Source: Balanoglossus misakiensis
Lineage: Eukaryota > Animalia > Hemichordata
Direction of reading: 5' to 3'
Length of the DNA stretch: 64,000 nucleotides
Assembly (NCBI GenBank): GCA_040954595.2
Contig: CM082584.2
Location: 7,893,919-7,957,918 of the forward strand
Shown here piece by piece: positions 38,501 through 51,000 of the stretch. Below the pieces are notes generated by a model. That model worked only from the letters and a program-made list of their open reading frames with translations. It did not search any database and was not told the origin of the DNA. How positions within the stretch are numbered: position 1 is the first letter of the stretch; every line of letters begins with the position of its first letter. The translations under genes and the position numbers were made by a program.

Positions 38501-41500
38501 ACTATAGCTTTCTTTCATGAAATTGAGTTTGTTGCACATGTTTTCTTAATTGTCTGTACTGATCTGTATCAGAACAACTGTTTGGGACCAGCCATATAAA
38601 TAATATATATTTGACTTGTCATGTGAACTGCAGAATATGGATGGGTATTTTCAAGACTCTTGGGTGTTTCATTCTGATGAAGTAAAAATGTACTCCAAAT
38701 TATTCATGAACAGGAATTACACCATAACATCAATTTCGTTGGGTTTGCTCAGTCAATGTGTCACTTTATGAGTTTTAAAATTTTTATGACCATGCTACAA
38801 ATATCATTGTGGAAGTGATCAAGATGGATGCTCTCGCAAAAATTTGCCATAACTATCCATTTTATATTATATTATTCTAAGATATTTATGTTTCAATTCA
38901 CAGAATAACCATCAATCTTGAGTGCTTTGCAATCCTATCTGAACTCATCAAGAAATTCTGAGTCCCAATTATGTAATGCTTAGAGTTAGAGTTGTCAATT
39001 CTATTTGATGGCTTTTTTGGTTAGTTTCGTAATTTTAGCCAAAGAGAATGGTTACAATGCACAATGATTTTTGCTAATCTAGTCAGCATTTTTTTCATGT
39101 ATTCTTGAATGAAATAATCATAATGTAATACATTTGCCAGACAGGATTCCTGCCCAACAATGATCATAAGTTTAAATGGATTCATCACAATTTTTGTCAA
39201 TTTTTTTTACCATGAATGATTTATCAAACTCTAATGTTAATTATATGTACAAATTATATTGTTCAGGTGAGTGTCCATGGACCATGCATCCATCCATATT
39301 TAAATGCATCCCGTGAAACATGGTGCTAATGTCCTCGTGTATACTTAGTGGTATTACGTAATAACCTCATATTCTGTTACACTCAAGGAGTATCCACCTA
39401 ATGGCACCCTGGGGAGCCTAGAGTTTAATTAGGCAATTTGCATTAAAATAAAGCAATGTAATAAAAGCAAAAATCAGTCATGTAATTCTGCTATTAATCT
39501 GATATTAGATTTTTTTCACAATAGCCTGAGCCATAAATTTCATACTTGTTGCATTGGTGTTGTTTTTGGGATAACCATTTTCATCATGCCCAGGCCAAGC
39601 CTGGTTTGCCAAAATAATGAAAAGCTAATGAAAGAAAAACCTCTCGAATTGAAATCCTTATCTACCATGGTTTTATGGGATTGTTATATTTCTACTGTCA
39701 AATCTCGCAAACATGAAATGAAATTGAAACTGTCTCATAAAATGTCACAATTTGGTTCTGGTGAAAAATTAAAACTGATTCGAGATATAAAGGCAAGATA
39801 AAATGTGTTATATGTATGCTTCATGCGACTCCATAAGTTTTCTTCGCACATAAAAAATGGGAGAATTTCTTCGATGTAGAATCTCGTTTGGAAATCAGTT
39901 TTCAGTGAAAGTGGTTACACTCCACTGAAGCTGTTATACAGAAATTAGCTCTACACAGAAAGTGTTTATGCTGTCAGAATAAATAATTTTTTTGGAACAA
40001 ATGTCCCGTGAATACATTAATTATTCATGCGAAAATAAGCTCTTGTAGATCTGTCGTAGACGGTAATATCTGAATCCAACCACTTGGATGATGCTATGTC
40101 TGATGCATTGGTGTTTGGTTGGGTGGAGTACTTATTAATATAATGAGAAATATTCAGAATGGCACCTGCAATACTTGAACAAAAGTTGGTCATGCACTTG
40201 CACCAACTGGAAAAGTAGTTATTAAATTGGTATATTTCTCATTACTGCCAGGATTTCAGCTGTCAATAATGTGACAGAAAGTTTAAATGGGAATCACGTT
40301 CTGTATGTTTCTGCACATCACAATTACAATCTCACACGATCTGGTCTGCCGTACGAAATTTGTGCATTTCCTTCACAAGTGAATACCAAGGAAGACTGTG
40401 CGTTAACACGGAGGTGCTGAGGTCAATGGTGATTTACGGTGTGGTAATTTCCGGCACGTACAATTGCTGCATGAAACCGGAGTTGACTTGTCTTGACATT
40501 AATGAGGGTGTATATTGATCAGTCTGCTGAACTGAAGTGGCACTTTTTTCCTGAATGGAAAAGTGACTGATTGCGGGTTTTGGACCGGTGTCTCCCTTCT
40601 CGGATTTGTGCCAGGCAATCGGATCAGTGGCATACGTTTGCACAAGTTTCACAAGTTGGCCTTAGTAATTCGATTGGTAGTTAAGCAAGTTAAGGATAGG
40701 CAAATGTACAGAGAGTCAATAATGTCCAATAAAGGACATTGGGCTTACTGTGTAGTTAGGCAATTTATGACAATTACAAGCGACTAGGGAAACACAGAGA
40801 TGAGACTTGCCAGAAGATAGTGTTATGAGTAGTTGAGAGCCAATTGCATTCAGCTCTCGTTGACAGCTGCCAAGATTGGCACTATCATTAATCAAAGCTG
40901 TGATTAATTGAAAGGAATCTCGGACATAAACACTAATTAATTGAATTTCGTTAGAATCCATGTAGTGTAAACCTAAGCGGGCACATCAATTAGAACAAAT
41001 TGCTGTTTTATTACTTTCCAAAGGAAATGAAGTTCCACAAATGGTGGAATCACCAATGTGGTGTTTTAAATAAATATGATTATCTCTTTACTGACCGTGA
41101 AATTAGCATGGTTGTGTTTTAAATACACATCACTGGGACTAATGACACCTGATGGGACGACTTTTGTAGCCAACAAGTTTGTAGTGTGGAGAAAATAATG
41201 ATTCAAGATATAATGACCTTGCATTGAGTGTTCATCCTGTCAAGTTGAAATCGACTAATCCATGGATAGGATGAAACTTGCTCCCTCAGTGATGCCGAAA
41301 TTGATTGGCTTCCTCTTGGATGCCGGACGATGTTGACAAGATGCCCTGTTTGAAATCTGCACTCTTCCTGTTTTGCAATCTCCAGATACACTTTAGAGCC
41401 ATGGATGACAGCAATGTATATTGATTTATGTTAATACTGTTGGCAGGCTAAGGCATGGGATTATTAAAACACAGGACTGAATTCATGCAGTGACATGGAA

Positions 41501-44500
41501 TGGTAGCTTTGCTATTTTTATGGGGATTGTGATACGTGTCACTACACAAATGAATCGTAGCCTTGGTTTATTTGGATATCTTTGTGGAAAATTCTTTAAT
41601 GGAGACTACATCCAATATGTTACAATGCCATAAATCTATTTTTTGATCATTAAATTTCTAGCAATAATTATCCACTTGGAGATCAGAGGTATACAGTAAT
41701 AACATGAAAAGATCACAGGTAAAATGGCATGGATCACGGCAACTTGAATCAGTCTCTCCCAAGGGTGTTCGTACCATCCATACATGCAGCAGCCTCGACA
41801 ATAATCAACAGAAGTCACGCAGGTAGTAAAGAATGATAAACGTCTGCTTAACGATGCCCAGGGCAGTTTTTAGTAGCAAGTTGTTGACGTTGGCGATTGA
41901 TTTGGACTTTGGCTGATGGTGGAATCTAGACAAGGTTTCTAATATGAACTTCCGTTACATAAAGTATGATTGATGACATAGGAGGTATGCTTGAGTTCAA
42001 TGATAATGTTGTTTTTGTACTATTGAAACTGTAATTATGCATACATCATATTCGAGTTGAAAAAAGAAAGTTTATTTACTGAAGAAAGTACACTGCCTGA
42101 ATGGTCGTCATCTTTCCATATGTATAAGCTAACTTTAGATACAAGTGCCAGTTTGCCCCAATGTATGTTCGCAGCAAACAACTCTGCACACAAAACCACT
42201 AAAGTCCACATCCCCCCAAAATGATGTTTCAGTAGCCCAGATAATTCTGGGGTGCTTCTGAGTACATAAACAAACAGAACCTATAAGTACTAATTCAAAA
42301 CAAGGTTTCCATTGCGCAACTGAGGGAAAGCGCCAAGGCCAGTCCTGTCCACCAACAGTGTTACTAACCTAATCCGCTTGAGTTACTTTGACTGCAGGTG
42401 GGGGATCATGTTTCCTTTTGCTCAAGAATTACGCAAATCCACGAAAAAATCATCAGGGTTGCCCGGAAAAGCAACAACATCCTTCTCATTTCTTTTTATA
42501 TCCATGTGAATTATTCAAATGACACAAACCACTACTTGATTCAAGCGTCCATTTTGTGGAATGTACCCATATAGTTCATTAAATATGCAAATTAAAGCAG
42601 CTTTAAGTTAATAAGCAGATAATCATTGAGTATTAGATGTCTGTATCAACTGCATGTTTTTTGAATATTTAATAATGTTTTGCAACCATGTACAGAAAAT
42701 ACATTATTTACAGCACCAAATAAGCTTGAAAGTATCCTTTTGTTAATTGTACTATTCAAAGCTGGATAAAAACTACTTTAGTAATGTCAAGACATAGAAA
42801 ACTGCTACCATACAAAATAGTAAACACATGCCTGCTTTCCCCATATTTCGTCTTTTATAGTGCATGTTTGATAGCTTATCTCCATAGAACCATGTCATGT
42901 AAATGCATACACATTTGATGGTGTCATGCAAAGGTTAAGTCTAACACAGACCACCTGCAAGTAAATCAGGTATCTTTTTCAGTGCTAAAACAACTAATCA
43001 ATACTGTTAGATACAATTTTAAGTGAGATAGTTGATAATTTTATCATTGCAACGTTTGCGAGTTGGTTTGCAATTAATACACCATCTGTGACTGTTTATT
43101 GGAGAATGCAATCATATCACTCAGCACCCACAAAAATAAGTAAAATGTTATCTGCACATATCTCACTTCATACTAAAATCATGGGGCAACAGTAACTGGA
43201 TTAAAACTACTTGGTAACTATTGCTGATACGGTAATATATTGGATGTTGAAGTACTGCAAATGTGCTGGTTGTTTTTGTCCAGTGAAAATGTATATCTTT
43301 ACCACATAATATGCTAGATCTAGAAAAAAAACTATTTTCCATTAGTATATTTATGTCAAATAACAATTGTTTGAGTGTAAACAGATTAATATAGTATCAA
43401 GATGAAAAACTAAATTTGGGGCCACAAATTTCAAAAGATTGCATGTAAATCTTCATTTTCCAAACTGTCACTAAGTATGAATGATTGTTCAAAATGGAAG
43501 TGAAGTGAGTGTGGAGACATTAATATTCTTTAAGGTAACATGATTTATTTTACTGAATTACCCCAACTTGAGGAAAAAAACATCATTTGTAGGATCATGT
43601 CCATTTCACAACTAAACACCCATAGTGACGTATGCACTTTTCCGTGAACAGGTCAATCCTAAATAAAGGTAATAACTTCTGAAGGACACAATCAGTGACT
43701 CGTGGATTTGTTTGTCAAAGGATATTACTCTGAGACACACGCAGCTCTTGGTGAGGAAATTAAATGAGGAAAAATCACCAATCATGGTTTCGCCAATGTG
43801 GGATGAGGAAATAAAGGTGTTTCGTTTTATTAGTTTTTAATGTTTCTGTTTGTGTGCCTCAACATTTATGAAAATATCAAGTCAGGGTTGGTGTTGTGCA
43901 TTCAGGTTCTATTACTGTTGTTATAAATTGACTTTGATTGCTTTGGGTTGTTTGTGGATTATGATCTGTGAGATGTGTCGCAGGGCACTATAAGATGTTG
44001 ATCTGACTGTTTTTGTGATATGCGTCTGAGAGAAATTACTTTGGCATCTGTGAATTCAACTGTTTCTCTTAAAATACTGTGCTGTTTCATCTGAAATATT
44101 TGAACTGTGGATATGTAGTTTCTTGACTCAGTGATCATTAACAGAGTATAAACGAATACACCGTTTGTTTGCGAAACATATCACTATCAAGGTCACAAAT
44201 TGCTGTATACAAAACTCAAATTGAACAGACAGTTGTTTGACATCTTTCAACAGTCAAGGTAAACCTAGAATGCTCATGCAATCACTACATCCTTAGAGGC
44301 TGCTTTTGTATGTTGCATCCTTTATTACAAAGAGATTAGATTTGATACCTTGGAGACGAGAAATTGAACTAAAAAAACAGGATATGGCATTTGTAGGAGA
44401 GCCAATTAATTTTCACTCACTAAGTCATGCCTTGTTGGATACTCGCAAGGGAAGATGTTATTCGATTCACTTTAATGCAATAATCACATTTGAACTCATT

Positions 44501-44935
44501 AAATCCTCATGGGGATACATCATTCATTAACTCTTAGACTATAACTTTGTCTCATCTTAACCTTCATTTTTATTGAACTTGATGCTTGTCAGATGAACTG
44601 CATGAATTGACAAACCCATCAGCCCTGTGAAGCTGGATATCAGAATAATGACACCTACCATAGCAATCGATCCATTTAGCACTCTGCCATATGTGTTTGC
44701 TGTCAAATGGTTGTAAGGCACCTATAGTATGTTTACACGCAATGCAGCTGAAAAATTGTATTTGTTATTTTCAGTTTCCAAGTATGGTAGTCATGATGAA
44801 GGATTTCATAGTACTATACTGTGTCTGTTTCAGAGTTCAACTAAAAGAAAAGCCAGTGGGCCCACAACTGGAGAAAAGGACACGAAGAAACAGATGGGAC
44901 TTGAAGCATTCTTTAAACCAAAACTGAAGACATAA
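32516..44935 (+). CDS. MUTYH: Adenine DNA glycosylase MutY homolog, about 13 exons
   Basis: [15 protein letters not shown]; [23 protein letters not shown]; [13 protein letters not shown]; Hh[17 protein letters not shown]; VVDGNVIRV; [16 protein letters not shown]; Fe-S cluster [17 protein letters not shown]; [10 protein letters not shown]; HIFSHIH; C-terminal PIP box QMGLEAFF in last exon 44834-44935. The first exon is less certain. Confidence 0.93.
33671..33799. repeat. Two-copy direct tandem duplication (unit about 65 bp) in a MUTYH intron
   Basis: GATATCCTGAAATGGGCAATGAGGGTGCTAGAC is identical at 33699 and 33765, each preceded by a similar gtcaac..aaacaaa segment. Confidence 0.9.
35219..35462. 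mobile_element. Possible MITE remnant (15-bp imperfect terminal inverted repeats, TA flanks)
   Basis: GTATCCTTGTGAAGT (35219-35233) versus ACTTCACAAGGGTAC (35448-35462) are 14/15 complementary; no coding capacity. Confidence 0.35.
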
Positions 44936-47514
44936 GGAATCAAGATTGTGTATCGGGACAATTTGTTATTCAGTGATCTGTGCTGCCCAGACCAAACCCC
45001 ACAGACAAAGAATCATTCTTCATGACAGTATCAAATACCCTTCACCTCTTGTGGAGAATGTAGCTGAACTGGGTCCTCCTTTGTGAGGCCCTCTTGGGCG
45101 AATTTAGATTAATTGACATACAATATTTAAGTTAATTGTTGCTACAATCCAAAAATAGGTTTTGCCTTTAAAAAATCCGAATCTTGACTAATGACATAAA
45201 AATCATCACATTCTCAGTTTCCATGCAAAAATGTTGGTTAGGGAGACTGTGCTAGGCCAACATCGCCAAGCTGTGTGAATCAGACAATTAAATCTCAGAT
45301 GCTGTGAAACTGCCTTGGGTACTCACACTTCACAGAAAACCCCTTGTAAACACCCTATGGGCCGCAGCGCATTCAGGCATGTAAACGTACAGTCACCCAG
45401 CTGTATCATTATCTTTGCCAGCTGTAGCTTCCATCTCAATCATTGATGTAACAAAAACTCACCAGGGTGTCATCCCTAATCCGGTTGTCAGTATAGTGAC
45501 TGATTGATAGTTTTTGTAAGTGTACCCAGAGGAGCTTGCACTATTCTCACAAGCTGCTTTTTTGTCTGTTTTGTGTCTTGATTATTCTTCTGTCTGAAAG
45601 ATTTTTAATGGCATCTCCATATCAGTTACATCATGAATAATATGGTATTTAAATCGAAGAAGTGGTTTAAAAAGTAATTGTGTGCTTCCATCTGCCTGCA
45701 AATCCTCAGCCATTACAGACATGTTTGGATTAATTTTATCAAGACAATAGATGGTACATATACACAAGAATATGGCTACTAAGTGTACATTTTGTACAAT
45801 TATTCCTGTACACAGAGCAATATATTTCTCAGACATCGTTTATAGTGAACTGTTGACAATTATCCTTCCAACTATTGCACTTATTTGGTAAGATTTAATA
45901 CTGAACTATTGGTGAAGGGTGATTTGAGCATTCATGCCAGTATTTTTCTTTTATACTTCTGTACTTTGACATAAAATAATTCTTAAAGAGGCCATAAATA
46001 ATGCTGAAAGGATGTATTGATAAACAACAACAAAAAACATAAAGAAATACCAATTTTGAATATAGAGGGTGAAAGATCATGTACCAGGTTTCTCTGATTA
46101 AGACTAATAAAATATATTTCATTTTACCAAATTCAGTTCCATCATCATCACACTACAATGTAAGTATTGGTGGGAATTCCATGTCTGTGTGCAGGATATC
46201 TGTTACCTTGGTGTGAATACAGCTCTGTCACAGAGCTCTAACATATCAGCTATATGAAGTGAATGTTGAGAGTCCTAGTTGAATAGTTCAATCCCATGAA
46301 GTTCAAGAATTCTCCTCTACAGTGTGCAACGTGACACAGTTATATCAATTATCGGCATATTTATTTTTAATTTCCCAAAGCCGTTTTGCAGGATGGTGCC
46401 ATCAATCCATTTCATTCTGTGCAAACACTGAGATTGTAGCAGTCTATCTCATATCGACCTTACTTGTTAAACCTGCCCACCGTGCGACTATAGTACTTTG
46501 AAACAGACGACTGCACGCAGTTATTGTAATTAAAGACTAATACTATACCTGGCTGTAAGCGGTGGGCTTTTCTGAATGTGATAATTAACCTTGGAAACCG
46601 TGAGAAGAGATCTATCATTTAATTGGACCCTTTAGACTCCTTTGGTCATTGATTCCTCGTTCTAATTTACGTGGACGCGTTTTAATGGTGTATCAAGTCA
46701 CCCAAAATGGATAGTGTTTCTCAGATTTAAAATCGATATTCTGACTGTGCAGCTGTTTGGATTTTAAGACAGATTAATCAAGGCTATGGGAAGACTAATA
46801 CCGCAACTATCGTCAGAAAAACAAACCATTTAATAGTCAGTATATTTGGGAATCTCAAAATATAGGAAAATGTCTCGCTCTTGCCAGTATTCACGATGAC
46901 TACCGATGCGACCTCTGTCCTAATCATTGACCCAACATTACCCTACTTTGCATAACAAAAGCTGCGTACCTGACCAATGAAAGACCGTATCTGGATAGCG
47001 TCATCACTGCCTAATCACTGCATTGAAAATCAAGACGCCACGTTCTAAATTTCAATTTTGGTCAAGTTTGAGGGAACATCTGTGATAATAACGTAACCCC
47101 ATGATCTCTGCTCACTTTCTGTGTCGGACAGAAGTTATTTTCACACGTCATGCGAAGTTCTCTGCTTTACTTTCACTCGCCGAGCGAGCTCGAAAAAGTA
47201 TTTCCGCATATAGACCGCATCACTTCCGGAAAGAACTTCTTTACAGTACAGATCGCGCACAGAGAGCCACGGAGTTCTGTCATAGTACTAGTAATTCTAT
47301 CATAAAATCTACAAAAACTATTCTGCTCCATTTGTGATTTATGTGTCAACCTGGGTACAGGAGAGTTAAATCAACCATACGACGCTGAACCGACAGCTCA
47401 TTTGTAAAGTGACACATTTTGTATGTTTTACCGTTCTTTAGAATAAAGTGTCGTGTGCAGTGAATGTTTTATCTCGCCTTGATCTCCCGGACTTGTGTTT
47501 GTTAAGTCACAGGC

Positions 47515-47525
47515 CCTATAAATTG
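47515..47525 (+). promoter_or_regulatory. Candidate TATA box upstream of the GPCR
   Basis: CCCTATAAATT precedes a CpG-richer segment leading to ATG 48067; E-box GTCACGTGAT at 47760. Confidence 0.3.
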
Positions 47526-48066
47526 CGTCGAGCTGCGGTGGGATAATTGGGGAGGTTATGCCGCACACCTCACGCCGGGCTGCCCGACATCTCTTTAAAT
47601 CCTGCACAAGAGAGTACTTTTGACACTAAATCCGTGATTGTCCAGGACAGGGCACCGCTAGTAAGCACATTTGTCTTTTTTTCTGTTGGAATAAGTATAC
47701 ACCGTTGCGTCGCAACGCTTTCTGGATGATCCCGGACCGTGTGGCGTAATTGAAATATAGTCACGTGATCTAAAGTTGCGATTTAAAGTTCGCTGCACCA
47801 TTTGAACAACCGAAATATTCCACCGACCGTACAACGATGCTGTTTTGGCTGTCGGGTGATATGAGGAGCAGACCATCCCTGGAGGCTGAGATTAGTAACG
47901 ACCAAATGATACGTCGCCTCGTCTTGTCGTTTCAATATTAGAGTGTGGCTTCGCTTAAATCTCGTATTTCAAGAAACTGTTGTCGGTTTATCCTTTGACG
48001 GTTAACTGGCGTTCCCGAAGAGATTGCGGAATTGTGTACATAAATGTGATATCTGCAGCGGGGGAG

Positions 48067-51000
48067 ATGGCCCGTGAATTTCCGTCAGCAGCGACGGTGC
48101 TCGAATCCAGCAGCCTAGAGGCACTGGCGTTGTCTACCGATGGTATCGACCCCGGGGACCTGAACAGCAGCGCCTTGAACGGCACGGGGTTCGTTCCCCC
48201 GTCGCCGCCGCCGGTGCAAGTCTGGCTGCCCACGGTCCTGGTCTACGGCCTGACGTTCATCGTCGGTCTCCTCGGCAACGCCCTCGTGATATTCTCAATC
48301 AAGAGATGCAAGCGTCTGCAAACCGCAACCAACTTTTTCTTGGCTAGCCTCGCGACGGCCGATCTCATCGTCGTCGTCATCGTCATCCCATTCCAGACTC
48401 CGACCTACTTCAGCTGGCGGTGGGAGCTCGGCGGGGCCATGTGCAAGCTCCTGCCCTATCTGACATTGCTGTCAAGCTCATGTTCAGTTTTCATGATGAC
48501 TGCCATGAGTATCGAAAGGTGGGTCCTGTTTGACGTACATGTATTGATTAAAAAGCAATGGTTTCAGTAGATGGTTGATACAATTGTGCATTGTGGGGTT
48601 CGGAAAGGCTAGGCTCGAGAAAAATGTTGTTTTGTTAAATTCGAGTGGATGCAAGACTGTGTGTAAACTGCAGAGACTGTCGAGAAAAGTTTTGCGTTGC
48701 ACATCTTATACTTAATTCTTTGCAATCAGTGACAGTGCAATTTTCGCACCATCGCATTTATTGATAAAGGCGGTGATCCGATGGTTGAAACTCGTTGATT
48801 AAATATCTGCCACATTCATTTGACGCGCTCTCGGAAAAAGATTAAGGCATTAGTTGCCTTACTAGATCGGATGAAACAATCTTCTGAGAAACGTGCAGAT
48901 TTGCCATGTACTACACTGTATGAATTATTCACTACTATCTAGGTGTAGCAGATTCGCAAAATGATTTGTAAATTCATGAGTAAAAAACATGAATAACTGT
49001 TTGTAAATCTGAACAATGATTGAAAGATTTTAGTATATTCTAAAGCCTTAACCTGTTGACATGCAGGTAGATATATCTGTCTTGTAATACTATACTTGAC
49101 TGGTGTTCTATCCTTTCATCCCGATGAGGGTAAATTCTTCTGGAATGTGTACAAATGTAGCTTACACTGGAGACAAAACAATCAACGTCGTTAGCTCAGT
49201 CAGTATACATATTTCATTCGGTTTAATTTACAACCACAGCAGCAGGGTGCCCCCTTGATTGCAAATATATCGGTATTTCCAATTGTGGTATCGATCAATG
49301 TCCTTTTAAAAGTGTACAAACGTTAATATACCCATTCGCCTCATAAATTCAACGTTGAAAACACGCCACAATTGGATAATATTTGACAGACAGATTCCCC
49401 AAAGACCAAAACGCAATCACGATAACTTCAAACGTCAGAAACAAACATTGCGTTGGTTGGGTATGAAATCACGGCTGCCTGCGGTATTGTTCAAACACGT
49501 CGTCGTGTTCTATTATATCTAATCATGCTGAATTCTTTGCTATCTTTTGCTAATTTTTCTTTCCAAACGTCTATAAATCCAGAGGTGAACATTGCGAGAG
49601 TGGTTTTGTTGACTATTGTAACAATTTATCCTTAAAATGGAAAAGACTAAATTAACATCTTTTTGGGGAAGAAACACTGTTAATGGAGACTATTTCCCGC
49701 ATATAGTTGAGCATCGTTGATGTGTTTTTTTTCTGTCAGTGATCAGCAAAGTGTAGTTATTAATGGTCAGCGCGATTCGGCCTACTTGTTCCAATATATC
49801 TTCATTGACCTGTTGGTCTTCAGTGATAGGAGATTAAGATGTCGCGCTAGACTTACAGCGTGCTTTGTAATGTGCAGCCAGGGTTCCGATTAAATCCTGC
49901 CCCGCAGCTGTCATTCTTTCGAAAGTTATTTAATGCTGTTTGTCATATCTACTCGCTGGCGTTAGTTGATACTCACACAGGATTTCTGGAGATCCACGCG
50001 CGACAGGGATACTGTATTATCACGTACTCATGAGAGTTCCACTGTCGCCACAGTTCCTGAAGTAATAGTTAAAGAGCAAAGTCTGCAACTTCTGTCCATA
50101 CTGTACTCAAGAAATGATGTTCATTTTTCAAAGGAATGTTCTAAATACGCACTGGCAATATAAGTATGGAAATTCATGTTCTAATTTTCATGAAAAAATG
50201 GTAAACACACTTAAGTTCTGATGCCTGCACAATCGTCTCCTAAAATATTGAGAGTGAACAGAATATATGGAACAATATGTTTATACGTCAAGCTTTCAAC
50301 GTTGGCGTGTTTAACAGAAAACTGTTTTCCGTCGTTTCGGCTGTACAGATCATATCGCCACAGCGACGGATATACTGGACCGACAGAGAAAATGTGATGT
50401 TTCCTAGGTATTTGATCTATGAGACTGATTCAACATTCGCTGGAACAATTTTTTACCACTTTACGAGTTCCGGCGTACGCGGGCATCGAATCGAAGAAGG
50501 AAGTAATAAAGTCGAAATAACAATTTACAAATCATTGACCCGTGTTTGGCAATGTGTCAACGCGTGGTGCACGCAAAAAAACCCTTTGATTAAATGGCGC
50601 ATTTACCGCCTGGTCACGATTCTCGAAATAGCATTGTATTAAAAAGCCATCATTTTAACGACCGCTGGGTTGTTTTATTTCCTCCCATTCAGACCGCGAT
50701 GCTCGGCCGTTGGGCAATGAAATTTTGCGACACTGGGTAATGCCGTGGCTTTAGTAATTTACACGTACGATATAAGTACGTAATGTATCGTATTGGAATT
50801 ATATAGGATACTGAAATGCGTAATACCTCCAACTTTTGATTGGTATCTTTAACTCTTATATGGCAAAATTCACGGGAAACGTCGAAGCATCGACAATAAT
50901 GACATAACTAGTTGTGTCTAACTTCCTTCTCTAATAGTAAAAGTTACACCATCTACTTCCTATGGTTACACGCAATCTCTTACGTTTACCGCAATTCCTT

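Noticed and set aside
40678-43725. Minus-strand ATATCCTTT (43725) and TCCTTAAC..AC (~40678) resembling an AT-AC intron; also plus-strand GTATCCTTT at 42732
   Set aside because: The putative downstream exon has early stops in all three frames and no flanking gene is evident; such 9-mers are expected by chance in AT-rich DNA.
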